Positions 37,161 to 47,574 of a stretch of DNA of 64,000 bases are shown piece by piece. Numbering within the stretch: the stretch's first letter is position 1; each line of letters opens with the position of its first letter. The translations under genes were made by a program, and so were the position numbers. This DNA is from Myxococcales bacterium (lineage in GTDB: Bacteria; Myxococcota; Myxococcia; Myxococcales; 40CM-4-68-19), in contig DASQAS010000108.1 of assembly GCA_035635635.1 (NCBI GenBank), forward strand, positions 42,843 to 106,842, written 5' to 3'. Below the pieces are notes generated by a model that saw nothing but the letters and a program-made list of their open reading frames with translations, was not told where the DNA came from and did no database searches.

Positions 37161-37936
37161 CATTTCCCTGCGCACACTCCGGCGTCCGTCGAGGTGATCA
37201 CGCACCTGCACTGCATCCCCGCGTCCGCGGGCCCGCTGTCCGGCGTCTCGCAGACCGCGGCGGAGGCGCAATCCGCGGCGCCCGCGCAGGAGTCGCCGGT
37301 GATTCCGAGCTGGCAGGTTCCATAGGTCACAGCGCTGGATGCGTGTGCGCAGAGGGCGCCGACCTTGCAGTCGGAGGCGACTCCGCACTCGCTGAGGAGG
37401 CAGACGGCGCCCTTGCCCTGGACGATGTGGCCCCCGTCGGGCTGGCGGTTGCAGGCGAGGCTGATCCCGCCCGCGGCGCAGCCGCCGTCCTGTCCGCAGG
37501 AAGGCAGCCCGATGCAGCCGGCTGTCCCGACCAGGTCGTAGCAGACGGCGTCGGGCGCACACTTGTCGTTTGCAACGCCCTTGGTGCAGAGCTCGACACC
37601 GCCGTCGCCGATGCCCTCCTGCGAGATGCAGCGGCCCTGGTAGCAGGTCTGCGCTTCCGGGCAGTCGCTGGTGAAGTTGCAGCCGGCTGACGCTGCCGGG
37701 GAGCAGACGTCGTCCGGGAAGGTCGGGCCGGGGCAGTACATGCCGGCTGGACAGGCCGCGCCGCCCGTGCAGGTGGGGACGCAGTAGGAGTTCACGCAGC
37801 GGGTCCCGGAAGGGCAGGTGTGGCTGCCGGCGGTGCAGAACTGGCCGCCGTCAGGACGCTGCACCGGCGTGGTGGTGTCCTCTCCGCTGCAGGAGATGGC
37901 GGCGAACACCAGCGCGATCAGTGTGCTTCTGCCCAT
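37160..37936 (-). CDS. Cysteine-rich repeat lipoprotein
   Basis: ATG at 37936 follows GGAGAAGGAGAGAC. Lipobox 'LVFAAISC'. About 30 Cys lie in repeated C-x-C-rich modules ('CPSGTRCVNSYCVPTC', 'CPEAQTCYQGRC'), as in myxobacterial disulfide-repeat proteins. Confidence 0.75.
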   Translation of the reverse strand: MGRSTLIALVFAAISCSGEDTTTPVQRPDGGQFCTAGSHTCPSGTRCVNSYCVPTCTGGAACPAGMYCPGPTFPDDVCSPAASAGCNFTSDCPEAQTCYQGRCISQEGIGDGGVELCTKGVANDKCAPDAVCYDLVGTAGCIGLPSCGQDGGCAAGGISLACNRQPDGGHIVQGKGAVCLLSECGVASDCKVGALCAHASSAVTYGTCQLGITGDSCAGAADCASAAVCETPDSGPADAGMQCRCVITSTDAGVCAGK

Positions 37937-40605
37937 GTCTCTCCTTCTCCGAGCTCGACCACCAGGGGAACGGCAAGATCCGCTGCGGCGCCCATCTGCG
38001 CCTTGACGATCGGCTTGACCTCCGCGACCTCCGCGGGGGGTGCTTCGAGCACCAACTCGTCGTGGACCTGCAGCAACATGCGCGCCTGGTATTTCCCGCG
38101 CAGGGCGGCGTCGACTTTCAGCATGGCGCGCTTGACCAGGTCGGCGGCGGTGCCCTGGATGGGCGTATTGACCGCCGTCCGCTCCGCGGCGCTGCGCGCG
38201 GCCGGGTTCTTGCTGTTGATGTCGGGCAGGTAGCGGCGGCGGCCGAAGAGCGTCTTCACCATCCCGGTGCTGCGCGCGGTGGCGATGGTGTCGTCCAGCC
38301 ACTGCTTCACCTTCGCGTAGCGCACGAAGTACCGCTCGATGATGTTCGCCGCCTCGCTCTTCTCCAGCCCGAGCCGGTGCGCGAGGCCGAAGGCGGACAG
38401 CCCGTAGGCGATGCCGTAGTTGATCATCTTGGCGATGTCGCGCTGCTGCCGGGTCACCTGGGCGGGCGGCACGCCGAACGTCTCGCCGGCGATGCGGGCG
38501 TGCAGGTCCTCGCCGGACTCGAAGCTCGCGCGCAGGACGGGGTCGCCGGAGATGTGCGCCAGGACCCGCAGCTCGATCTGCGAGTAGTCGGCGCTCAGCA
38601 GCTTCCAGCCCGGCTCGGGAATGAAGGCCTCGCGGATCTTCGCCCCCACCGCGGTGCGGATGGGGATGTTCTGCAGGTTCGGGTTGACGCTGGAGAGGCG
38701 GCCGGTGGCGGCGACGGCCTGGTCGAAGGTGGTGTGCAGGCGGCCGTCGCGGCCGATCACTTCGGGGAGCGCGTCCAGGTACGTGTTCTTCAGCTTGGTG
38801 AGCTGCCGGTGCTCCAGCACCTTCGCGGGCAGCGGGTGCTGCTGGGCCAGCTCCTCGAGGACCTCCTGGTCGGTGGAGGGCCCGGTCTTGCCCCGCTTGA
38901 GGACCGGCAGGTTCAGCTTCTTGTAGAGGACCTCGGCGAGCTGCTGCGTGGACCCGGGCAAGAACTCGCCGCCCGCGAGCTGGAAGATCTCCAGGAGCAG
39001 GGCGTCGATCTGCCGGCCCAGCTCATCCCCGAGATGCCGCAAGCGTGGCACGTCGATGCGGATCCCCGTCACCTCCAGGCTGGCGAGCACCTCGATCAAG
39101 GGCTTTTCGATGGTCGTATAGAGCTCCAGCAGCTCGGGATCCTGGCGCAGGTCGTCCCCGAGCGCCTCCGTCAAGCGTCGGGCGCCCTCGACCAGGGCGG
39201 CAGCGGCGGCGCCGGTCTCGTCCACGGGAAGCTCGGGCAGGGGCGTGGCCTTCTTTCCCTTCCCGGTACGCTCGCAGAGCTCCTTCAGGATCGGGAGCTC
39301 GCAGGAGATCCGCTCGCGCGCGGTCTGGACTAGCGAGTGGTCGCGGCCGGTGGGATCGATCAGGTAGGAGGCGATGCGCGAGTCGATCCCGAGCCCGGCG
39401 AGGTTGACGCCGGCGCGGCGCCAGGCGTCGAGGTCGCGCTTGAGGTCGTGGCCGTCCTTGACGACGGCGGGATCCTCGAGGAGGGGCTTGAGGATGGGAA
39501 TGGCCTTTTGCGCGTTGAGCTCGGCCGGTGCGAACAGGGCGCCTGCGCCCCCCTGCGGGCGGTGTCCGAGCGGCACGTAGACGGATTCGTCCGGCAGCGA
39601 GATGGCGAGCCCGAGCAGGTCGTCGCGGAGCGGTTCGTCCTCGCTGGTGAGCGTCAGGATCGCGATCCGCTTCGCCGCGCGCGCCTTGTCCACCAGGCGC
39701 TGCACGTCCTCGGCGCTGGTGGCGATCGACCGGGCGCCGGTCGGCGGGGTCGGAGGCGGGCGGGGCAGGTCGGTGACCAGGCGGACGAACTCGAGCTCGG
39801 TGAAGAGCTTGCGGGCGCGAGGCTCGTCGATGCTCTTGCGCTCGAGGTCCTCGAGCTGGACCGGCAGCGGGAGGTCGTCGTAGAGCGCGATCAGCTTGCG
39901 CCCGCGCCGGACGTTGTCCAGGCTGGCGAGCAGGTTCTCGCGCAGCTTCGGCTTCTTCACATTCGCGGCGTTCGCCAGCACGTTCTCCAGACTGCCATAG
40001 TCCTTGAGCAGGCCGGCGGCCGTCTTCTCGCCCACGCCGGGGACGCCGGGGATGTTGTCGATCTTGTCCCCGGTGAGCGCCAGCAGGTCGGGGAGAGACG
40101 CTGGAGGCACGCCCCACTTCTCCTCGACCTCCGCCGGGCCGTACCACTTCTCGTACATCGAGTCGTAGCAGCGGATGCCGTTGACCACCAGCTGCATCAG
40201 GTCCTTGTCGCCCGAGACGATCACCACTTCCCATCCCTGCGCCCGCGCGCGCCGCGCCAGCGTGGCGATCACGTCGTCCGCCTCATAGCCGGTGAAGCCG
40301 ATGGCCGGGACCCGCATGACCTCGAGCACCTTGCGCACCAGCGGGAACTGCGGCGTCAGGTCCTCGGGCGGAGCGCCCCGCGTCGCCTTGTAGGCGTCGT
40401 AGATCTCGCTGCGCCTGGCCTTGGCCTCCTCGTCGAAGGCGACGGCCAGGTGGGTGGGATTCCCCTCGCGGATGGCGCGCAGGAGCATGGTGGTGAAGCC
40501 GTAGACGGCGTTGGTGGGGACGCCCTGGCGCGTGGAGAGGTGGGGCAGTGCGTGGTAGGCGCGGAAGATGGTGTGGGAACCGTCCACCAGCCAGAGCGAG
40601 GGCAT
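37918..40605 (-). CDS. polA: DNA polymerase I
   Basis: 895 aa with a 5'-nuclease N-terminus ('LVDGSHTIFRAYHA'), 'DYSQIELRVLAH' and 'QVHDELVLE'. Confidence 0.95.
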   Translation of the reverse strand: MPSLWLVDGSHTIFRAYHALPHLSTRQGVPTNAVYGFTTMLLRAIREGNPTHLAVAFDEEAKARRSEIYDAYKATRGAPPEDLTPQFPLVRKVLEVMRVPAIGFTGYEADDVIATLARRARAQGWEVVIVSGDKDLMQLVVNGIRCYDSMYEKWYGPAEVEEKWGVPPASLPDLLALTGDKIDNIPGVPGVGEKTAAGLLKDYGSLENVLANAANVKKPKLRENLLASLDNVRRGRKLIALYDDLPLPVQLEDLERKSIDEPRARKLFTELEFVRLVTDLPRPPPTPPTGARSIATSAEDVQRLVDKARAAKRIAILTLTSEDEPLRDDLLGLAISLPDESVYVPLGHRPQGGAGALFAPAELNAQKAIPILKPLLEDPAVVKDGHDLKRDLDAWRRAGVNLAGLGIDSRIASYLIDPTGRDHSLVQTARERISCELPILKELCERTGKGKKATPLPELPVDETGAAAAALVEGARRLTEALGDDLRQDPELLELYTTIEKPLIEVLASLEVTGIRIDVPRLRHLGDELGRQIDALLLEIFQLAGGEFLPGSTQQLAEVLYKKLNLPVLKRGKTGPSTDQEVLEELAQQHPLPAKVLEHRQLTKLKNTYLDALPEVIGRDGRLHTTFDQAVAATGRLSSVNPNLQNIPIRTAVGAKIREAFIPEPGWKLLSADYSQIELRVLAHISGDPVLRASFESGEDLHARIAGETFGVPPAQVTRQQRDIAKMINYGIAYGLSAFGLAHRLGLEKSEAANIIERYFVRYAKVKQWLDDTIATARSTGMVKTLFGRRRYLPDINSKNPAARSAAERTAVNTPIQGTAADLVKRAMLKVDAALRGKYQARMLLQVHDELVLEAPPAEVAEVKPIVKAQMGAAADLAVPLVVELGEGETWAEAH

Positions 40606-40641
40606 TGGGGGCGGGTTTTAACACCGGAACGGCTACGCGGC

Positions 40642-42438
40642 TCACTCTTCCTGGAAGACTTCCATGTCGACCGGGATGCCCCGCCGCTGCAGGTCGTCGT
40701 AGAAGGAGGGCACCAGTCCGGTGGCCATGAAGCGGCCCACCACGCCCCCCTGCTCGTCGAACCCTTCCTGCTTGAACTGGAAGATGTCCTGCAGGGTGAT
40801 GACGTCGCCCTCCATGTCGGCGACCTCGCTGACGGCGATCACCTTCCGCGACCCGTCCGCGAATCGCGCCTGCTGCAAGACCAGATTCACCGCGCTGGCG
40901 ATCTGCTCCCGGATGGCCCGGATCGGAAGCTCCATCCCGCTCATCAGCACCATGGTCTCCAGGCGGGCGAGCGCATCGCGCGGTGAGTTCGCGTGCAGGG
41001 TGGTGAGCGACCCGTCGTGGCCGGTGTTCATGGCCTGGAGCATGTCGAGCGCCTCGCCGCCGCGGCATTCGCCCACCACGATGCGGTCGGGGCGCATCCG
41101 CAGCGCGTTCCGCACCAGGTCGCGGATGGTGATCTGCCCCTTGCCTTCGATGTTCGCCGGCCGGGCCTCGAGCTGGATCCAGTGCTCCTGGGGAAGCTGC
41201 AGCTCTGCGGCGTCCTCGATGGTGACGATCCGCTCCTGCTCGGGGATGTAGCCGGAGAGGACGTTGAGCAACGTGGTCTTGCCGGAGCCGGTCCCGCCGG
41301 AGATCACGATGTTGCGTCGCACCTTCACGCAGGTCTCGAGGAAGTGCGCCATCCGCGGCGTGAGCGTTCCGAATCCGATCAGGCTGTCGGCGCCCAGCAG
41401 CTCCCGCTTGAACTTGCGGATGGTGATGCAGGGCCCCTTGAGGGCGAGCGGGTGGATGATCGCGTTCATCCGGCTGCCGTCGGGCAGCCGCGCGTCGACC
41501 AGCGGGGAGGACTCGTCGATGTGCCGCCCGAGCGGCGCCACGATGCGCTCGATCACCCCCATCACCGCCTGGGCCGAGCTGAAGGTCCTCTCTCCCTTCT
41601 CCAGCCGCCCCTCGCGCTCCACGTAGACCTGCGAGGGGCCGTTGACCATGATCTCGGTGACCGTGTCGTCGGCGAGGTACGTCTCGAGCGGCCCGAGGCC
41701 CAGCGCCTCGTTGAGCACGTCCTCGATCAGTGCCTCGCGATCGAGGTGCGCATCGAGCTCTCCCGTCTGGTCCATCCGCGTGACGATCTGCCGGAGGGTC
41801 GTCTCGGCCTTGTTCCACAGCTCCTCGGAGCCCAGGGCGTCGAGATCCAGCCGGCGCAGGTCGAGGGCCTCGATCAGCCGGAGGTGCACCAGCTCCACGG
41901 CGTCGCCGTGGTCGGCCATCGCGGCCGCGGGGGCGGGCGCCTTGGCCTGCGGCCTGGAGATCGGCGCGGCCGCCTCTGGCGGCGGCGAAGGCGGGGGAGG
42001 GGGCTGCAACGGTTGCGGAGGCGGGGTGGACCGCTTCGACGGCGCATCCCGCCGGGTGGCCTCGCCCCCGAGGTAGTGGGGCACGGCGGGGGTCATGGTC
42101 GGCAGATCGGCGAGCTCGTCTCCGTCGGAGGGGACCGGCTCCAGATCGGGCGGCTCGACGTTGAGGATGAAGTCGCCGATGTAGACCTTGTCGGCCGGCG
42201 AGATCAGCTGCGGCCCCGCGAGCTTGCGCCCGTTCACGTAGGTGCCGTTGGTGCTCTTCAGGTCGAGGACGATGATCTTCCCGTCCTTCACGACGATCTT
42301 GGTGTGCTTCTTGGAGATGTTCCCCTTGGGCAGGCAGATGTCGTTCTCGTCGACCCGGCCGATGGTGATCTCTTCCGACTCGAAGTCGAGCCGCTGGGTG
42401 GCGCCACCCTTTTCGGTCAGGATGATGCTGAAAGACAT
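40642..42438 (-). CDS. FHA-domain-fused CpaF/TadA-type secretion ATPase
   Basis: N-terminal FHA ('[47 protein letters not shown]'). A Pro-rich linker. Then the CpaF-type ATPase with Walker A '[12 protein letters not shown]' and '[32 protein letters not shown]'. Confidence 0.9.
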   Translation of the reverse strand: MSFSIILTEKGGATQRLDFESEEITIGRVDENDICLPKGNISKKHTKIVVKDGKIIVLDLKSTNGTYVNGRKLAGPQLISPADKVYIGDFILNVEPPDLEPVPSDGDELADLPTMTPAVPHYLGGEATRRDAPSKRSTPPPQPLQPPPPPSPPPEAAAPISRPQAKAPAPAAAMADHGDAVELVHLRLIEALDLRRLDLDALGSEELWNKAETTLRQIVTRMDQTGELDAHLDREALIEDVLNEALGLGPLETYLADDTVTEIMVNGPSQVYVEREGRLEKGERTFSSAQAVMGVIERIVAPLGRHIDESSPLVDARLPDGSRMNAIIHPLALKGPCITIRKFKRELLGADSLIGFGTLTPRMAHFLETCVKVRRNIVISGGTGSGKTTLLNVLSGYIPEQERIVTIEDAAELQLPQEHWIQLEARPANIEGKGQITIRDLVRNALRMRPDRIVVGECRGGEALDMLQAMNTGHDGSLTTLHANSPRDALARLETMVLMSGMELPIRAIREQIASAVNLVLQQARFADGSRKVIAVSEVADMEGDVITLQDIFQFKQEGFDEQGGVVGRFMATGLVPSFYDDLQRRGIPVDMEVFQEE

Positions 42439-42521
42439 GGAATTGATCCCCCTGCTTTCCGCAGTATCGCATACGTCGGGGCTGGGATTGAGGGCCTACG
42501 CCGGGCTTCCCAATCCCCCGC

Positions 42522-43979
42522 TCAATCGAACCAGGAAAATCCGACCGAGCCCTCCGCCCCCTCGTGAATCTTCCTCGCCTCATCCAGCAGCTGCCGCGCC
42601 CCCTCGTTCGCCGGCCAGATCACCCGCGGCGTGATGTAGATCGCCAGCTCCGTCTTGTGCTCCATGAAGCTGCGGCTCTTGAACAGCTCGCCCAGGATCG
42701 GGATGTGCCCGAGCAGCGGGACCTTGGACACTTCCTTCTCCTCGCTGGAGTTGTAGAGCCCGCTCAGGACGATGGTCTCCCCGTCCCTGACGATCACGGT
42801 GGTCTTCACCTCCCTCACCCGGAAGCCGGGCACGTCGAATCCGTTCGCCCGCACCGAGGCGCTGCGGTCCACGTCGCTGACCTCCGCGTGGATCGCGGTG
42901 GAGATGTTTCCGCTCTGGTCCGCCGAGGGAGTCACGTGCAGCAGGATCCCGAACTTCTTGAACTCCACCCCGAACTGGTTCTGGGTGGCGATCAGCACCG
43001 GCACCTCGCCGCCGGCCTGGAACTCCGCCTTCTCGCCGCTGGCGCAGACCAGCCGCGGCTGGCTCAGGATGCGGACGGCGCCGTGATCGAAGCGGGCCGT
43101 CGCCGAAAAGTCGCTCGCGACGCTGGCCTTGACCGTCACGCTCCCGCTCCTCTGCGTCTGACCACTGTCCAGACCGCGCAGCGGCTGCACGACGTCGACG
43201 CTCGCCGTCAGGCCGTCGCCAGTGGAAACGAACGACGCCGGAGGCTTGATCCCGACCTGCTTGCTGCTGCCGGAGCTGGCCTCCACGAAGTCCACCTCCA
43301 CCAGCACCATCCGGTGTGCCCCCACCGTCACCAGGCTCTCCGGCTTCTCGGCGCTCCCGCGGGTGAGGAGCTCCAGCTTGCGCAGCTCCTCCTTCGATTC
43401 CACCCAGCCCTCGAGGACCAGCGTGCCGCCCAGCACGCTGGCCGTGACGCCGCGGAGGCCGTTGCGCTGCAGCGCCTTGTTCAGCGCCTCGGCCGCCAGC
43501 CGCCTCGAGTTTCCGCTCGGGCGCACGAAGGAGCGGACCGAAGGGTAGAGCTTCAGGATCTGCGCGACGCGCTCCGCGTCGTCCGCGTTGAGCGTCTCGC
43601 CCTCGAGGTAGACGCGATCCCCCACCACCCGCACCTGCACGCCTTCGCGGTCTCCGAGCAGCGCTCGGACCTCGCTCACCAGCTCCTTCGGGTCCTGCTT
43701 TCGGACCACCACCGTGTAGCTCAGCCGCGCTCCGCCGCTGCGCCACACCAGCAGGGAGGTCCGCCCTTCGCCCACGCCGGTGAGCAAGAGCTCGCCGGAG
43801 GTGCCCACCTGCTTGACGTCGGCGACCTCGGGCTCGCCGATGGCGACGCGCGCCACGTCTCCGGCCTGGAGGATCTTCTGCTGGCCCACGCCGAGCGCGA
43901 TCACGCCGCCGTCGGGCTGGCTCGGCGCCGGCGCGGCAACCAGCGTGAGCGCGAAGGCCAGGGATCGCATCCGCAGCAT
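42522..43979 (-). CDS. CpaC/RcpA-type secretin
   Basis: N-terminal pilus-secretin region 'LGVGQQKILQAGDVARVAIGEPEVADVKQV...LLLTGVGEGRTSLLVW'. C-terminal secretin motif 'VPLLGHIPILGELFKS'. Confidence 0.85.
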   Translation of the reverse strand: MLRMRSLAFALTLVAAPAPSQPDGGVIALGVGQQKILQAGDVARVAIGEPEVADVKQVGTSGELLLTGVGEGRTSLLVWRSGGARLSYTVVVRKQDPKELVSEVRALLGDREGVQVRVVGDRVYLEGETLNADDAERVAQILKLYPSVRSFVRPSGNSRRLAAEALNKALQRNGLRGVTASVLGGTLVLEGWVESKEELRKLELLTRGSAEKPESLVTVGAHRMVLVEVDFVEASSGSSKQVGIKPPASFVSTGDGLTASVDVVQPLRGLDSGQTQRSGSVTVKASVASDFSATARFDHGAVRILSQPRLVCASGEKAEFQAGGEVPVLIATQNQFGVEFKKFGILLHVTPSADQSGNISTAIHAEVSDVDRSASVRANGFDVPGFRVREVKTTVIVRDGETIVLSGLYNSSEEKEVSKVPLLGHIPILGELFKSRSFMEHKTELAIYITPRVIWPANEGARQLLDEARKIHEGAEGSVGFSWFD

Positions 43980-44019
43980 GCGCGGCAGCGTCGCAGGGTC
44001 CAGGCGAGCCGACCATCGG

Positions 44020-44508
44020 TCAGAAGAGCGCTGTTCCGGAGCCGAAAGCCCAGATAACGCCGGCCGCGATGGCCAGGGCGTAGGGGACGGCCCGGGGCCG
44101 GGGGCGGCCGCGAACCCGGGCAGCCGCGATCAAGAGCAAGGCCTGGATCCCGCCCGCGACCGCCACGTCGGCCAGGACGGTCAGGGCAAACGGCCAGCCC
44201 GCCGCCGCGCCCGCGGTCAAGCCCGCAAGCGCCATCAGCTTCACGTCGCCGGCGCCCATCCAGCCGCGCCAGGTCGCGACCGCCAGAGGCACCGCGCAAA
44301 CCAGCGCGCCCAGGACGGCCTCGAGCAGCAGCGAGACGCCTCCCAGCCACGCCACGCAGCCCACCGACAAAAGCAGCGCCGGGTAGGTCACCGCGTTGAG
44401 GATCCGCCTCTCGCGCAGGTCGGTGACGACGCTGACGGCGAGAGCGACGCCGAGCGCCAGCAGCGCGATCCTCGCCTGGAACGGCGCGGCTGCCCACGCC
44501 TCGATCAA
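44020..44508 (-). CDS. A24-family prepilin peptidase (CpaA/TadV-like)
   Basis: 162 aa, polytopic. The two Asp contexts are 'VVTDLRERRILN' and 'GAGDVKLMALAG'. Confidence 0.8.
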   Translation of the reverse strand: MIEAWAAAPFQARIALLALGVALAVSVVTDLRERRILNAVTYPALLLSVGCVAWLGGVSLLLEAVLGALVCAVPLAVATWRGWMGAGDVKLMALAGLTAGAAAGWPFALTVLADVAVAGGIQALLLIAAARVRGRPRPRAVPYALAIAAGVIWAFGSGTALF

Positions 44509-44509
44509 A

Positions 44510-45229
44510 TCAACGGAACGCGCAGCTCAGCTTCTCCGAGCTGATGTAGTACTCGTCCCCGTCGTGGATCTGGCGGCGCGTGATGCGGCGCGCGTCGAAC
44601 CAGGTGCCGTTGGACGACCCGAGATCCTCGATGAACCACGCCTGTCCCTCGCGGACGATGGCGGCGTGCTCGCGGCTGACCTTTCCGGAGTTGATCACCA
44701 GGTCGCAGTGCTTTCCCCGGCCGATCACGAACCGGTCCTTGACCACCCGCTCCAACTCAACGCCCTCGGGATTGAGCAGCACAAGCTCCGGCGTGGGCCC
44801 CGTGGCGACCCTCGGCAGATCGGAGTTGGTCGCCTCTTCCAGCGCGTCGTTTGCGACCACGGGAGGCGGGGTGGGCACCGCCTGGGGAGGGGCGCGCCGC
44901 GCGATTCCGCCCGCCGCCGTGAGGTGCGCCGTCTGCCCTACGCGCTCCTCGGAACGAGGAATGGCGCCCTGATCGGCGACCAGGGTCGGCGCGGCGGGGG
45001 GCGCGACGCGCAGGCGGCCCGAGTCGGTGAGCGCGGCTTTCGGGACCACGCCCAGGGTCATGAGATCAGAGGGGATGAGAAAGCCGTTGAGGCGGGCGAA
45101 CGTGTACAGCGCCTGGTTGACGAGCGCGTCGCGCTCGGTTCCCATCTCGGCCGCCATCGACGAGATGGCGTCCCAGATGTGGTCGGCAATCAGCACCGTC
45201 CGCGGGTTCTTCGCGCGCTCATCGCTCAT
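44510..45229 (-). CDS. FHA-domain protein
   Basis: C-terminal FHA 'FVIGRGKHCDLVINSGKVSREHAAIVREGQAWFIEDLGSSNGTWFD'. The N-terminal about 60 aa is unassigned. Confidence 0.8.
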   Translation of the reverse strand: MSDERAKNPRTVLIADHIWDAISSMAAEMGTERDALVNQALYTFARLNGFLIPSDLMTLGVVPKAALTDSGRLRVAPPAAPTLVADQGAIPRSEERVGQTAHLTAAGGIARRAPPQAVPTPPPVVANDALEEATNSDLPRVATGPTPELVLLNPEGVELERVVKDRFVIGRGKHCDLVINSGKVSREHAAIVREGQAWFIEDLGSSNGTWFDARRITRRQIHDGDEYYISSEKLSCAFR

Positions 45230-45276
45230 GTTGCACCCGACCGCAGCTTAACGGACCCGGGCGCCCCGGAGAAGGC

Positions 45277-47574
45277 CTATCGGAAGAACTGCAGGCCCAG
45301 GACGTTGGAGAAGAGGAGCAGCGGGTCGGCCTGCACCACCTCGTTGTTGCCGGTGATCGAGGTGAAGATCAGCATCTGCCGGCGCGGTGAGCTGTAGGGA
45401 TGGACGGCGGTCGCGAACCCGGCGAGGAAGGTCTGGTCGGAATAGGTGAGCGGCAACTGGCCGCTGCCGATCGCCCAGGTGAATCCCGACTTGGGCGCGG
45501 TTGGCTCGGGCCCCGTGATGTTGAAGGTAAAGGAGACGTCGTTGGCGGCGCTGGGCAGCGGTTGGCAGGGACTCGTGGCGCCTGTGCAGTCGGCGGCGTA
45601 TAGGTTGTGCGGGTAGTCGAAGCGCTGCTCGTGCACGGTGAAGGTTCGATCGGGCAGCATGCGTCCGCGGACCGTATAGACCTGGGACGCCGTCACGCTC
45701 GGAGGATTTCCCGCGAAGATCACCCACGGTTGCGTGCCGGCCGCCCGGAATTCCGCCACGGTGCCGAACTCGTTGCAGCCGTCCGGATGGAATCCGCGCA
45801 CGGCGTTCGTATCGGGCAATTCCGCGAGCTCGACGGTCGTCGGGTCCGGAATGGCCGTGATCGGAAGCTCGAAGCGGTAGGGGGCTTCGTTCAGCAGGAT
45901 GTTGCAGGGTGGCGTGCTCGCCGGAGTCAGGTCGTACGCTCCGAGCGAGACCACGTCGCCGACCCCCAGTGCGACGGCCGGATCCTGCTGCCACGGTTGC
46001 AGGCTGGCCGGCAGGCTCAGGACCAACGTCCCGGGGTTGGTGGTTTTGGGGCGAATCGTCCCGCCGCGGCGCTCCAGACCCGGAATGGTCGAGTGCCAGA
46101 CGGCCCGCCAGGAAGCCTTGCGCGTCAGTCCCGACGTCAGGCCCGACTGGAAGAACGTCGGCGTGTCGATGTTCAGCGCCGGGATGATCGGCGTCACCGG
46201 GCTGTAGGTCGGCGGCTGGTCGACGGTCGGGACGATCCCCAGCTCGCCGGGCACCGAGTAGAGGTTCTCGTTCACGAACCTGCGCGCCGGGAGCTCGATG
46301 AACGCCGTCGATCCATCGGTCGCGGTCACCGCGGCGATCAGCAAGAACGAATGGAGCGGGGCGTTGGTGGGCTGCGAGACGAAGAGCGGAGTGCAGGGCG
46401 TGGCCGTGCAGGTGGTGAGATCCGGAGGCGTCGGTGAGGCCCGCGGCTTGACCGCCCTCAGGAATGCTCCCTCTCGCAGCAAGCCGGGCACCGGCAGCCC
46501 CAAGGGTTGCATCGGCTCCTGGTTCGTCTCCATCAGTCCAAACGGCGGAATGGGAACGAGGCCCTTCGTCCCGCCCCCAAGCCCCGTCCATGCGAACAGC
46601 ACGCCACCGGAGTCCAACTCCCGGCCCGGGACCACCGTGGTCGAAGGCTCGACCACCATGAGGAGGAGCTCGCCCGGAACATGCGTGACGAGGGGGCCAG
46701 GGCCGGCGGCGTCGCCCTCGTACCAGCGCGGGCTGAGAGCCAGCGATCGCACGCTGCGGCCGCCCGCGCTGATGCGGTTGGTGGTGTCGCAAGCTCCCCC
46801 GATGGTGGTTGGTTTCGGGATGACGACGACGCCGTCGCCCGCGCCGTCCGCCACGTAGACCTGCGCGTCGCTTCCCGGCACCAGGGCCAGCTGGATGGGT
46901 GTGACCGAACCCAGCGTGCAGCTCGCGATCGGAGCCGTCGGGACGATCGGCCGGCCCGTGGCGGGATCCAGGATGATGCTGAAGACTTGGAGGTCCGTCT
47001 CGGTGGCGACGAACGCTGTAACGCCAGGAACGCCCGCCGGCGTCGCGACTTCCAGATCCAGGTCGGGGTCGATCTTGTTCGCTGCCACGACATCCACGGT
47101 CCGGGCGCCCGCGTCGATCTGATCGACCCGCGGCGCCGCGGTCGGATTCGTCACGGACTGTACCAGGCTGAGGCCGTCCACCATCGCGACGGAGTTGGCG
47201 GCGCCGGCCACCAGCGCTACGCCCGACGCGCCGCCGTCCGGCTGGCCCAGCCGCACGCCGGCCACCCGCACCGGCCGGTCGCCGGTCTCGATCGCCGCCG
47301 CGAAGACGCGGACGGGAGCGGGGATGAACTGTCCGTTGATGGCGCTGGGGCAGGTGTCCGCCGGATCGACGCCACCGTCCAGGAGCAGCGCGCGGTTGCA
47401 GAGCTGCAGGGCGCGCACGCTGTCGCGGCCGGAGTTGGCGATGAACACCAGGTCGCGGTCCCCTGCTCCCGTTGCTCCGATGCCGGTCGGAGAGCTGAAC
47501 TCGCCGATGGCGGTGTTGGGGTTGGTGGTGTTGCAGGCTGCCAGAAGAACCAGCAGCGCGAGCCCGAGCCTCAT
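45277..47574 (-). CDS. Large lipoprotein, probable beta-propeller repeats (hypothetical)
   Basis: ATG at 47574. Lipobox 'LLVLLAACNTT'. Repeated strand-like segments ('DLVFIANSGRDSVRAL', 'VALVAGAANSVAMVD', 'AQVYVADGAGDGVVVI'). The track ORF extension to 48963 is a shadow frame. Confidence 0.7.
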   Translation of the reverse strand: MRLGLALLVLLAACNTTNPNTAIGEFSSPTGIGATGAGDRDLVFIANSGRDSVRALQLCNRALLLDGGVDPADTCPSAINGQFIPAPVRVFAAAIETGDRPVRVAGVRLGQPDGGASGVALVAGAANSVAMVDGLSLVQSVTNPTAAPRVDQIDAGARTVDVVAANKIDPDLDLEVATPAGVPGVTAFVATETDLQVFSIILDPATGRPIVPTAPIASCTLGSVTPIQLALVPGSDAQVYVADGAGDGVVVIPKPTTIGGACDTTNRISAGGRSVRSLALSPRWYEGDAAGPGPLVTHVPGELLLMVVEPSTTVVPGRELDSGGVLFAWTGLGGGTKGLVPIPPFGLMETNQEPMQPLGLPVPGLLREGAFLRAVKPRASPTPPDLTTCTATPCTPLFVSQPTNAPLHSFLLIAAVTATDGSTAFIELPARRFVNENLYSVPGELGIVPTVDQPPTYSPVTPIIPALNIDTPTFFQSGLTSGLTRKASWRAVWHSTIPGLERRGGTIRPKTTNPGTLVLSLPASLQPWQQDPAVALGVGDVVSLGAYDLTPASTPPCNILLNEAPYRFELPITAIPDPTTVELAELPDTNAVRGFHPDGCNEFGTVAEFRAAGTQPWVIFAGNPPSVTASQVYTVRGRMLPDRTFTVHEQRFDYPHNLYAADCTGATSPCQPLPSAANDVSFTFNITGPEPTAPKSGFTWAIGSGQLPLTYSDQTFLAGFATAVHPYSSPRRQMLIFTSITGNNEVVQADPLLLFSNVLGLQFFR

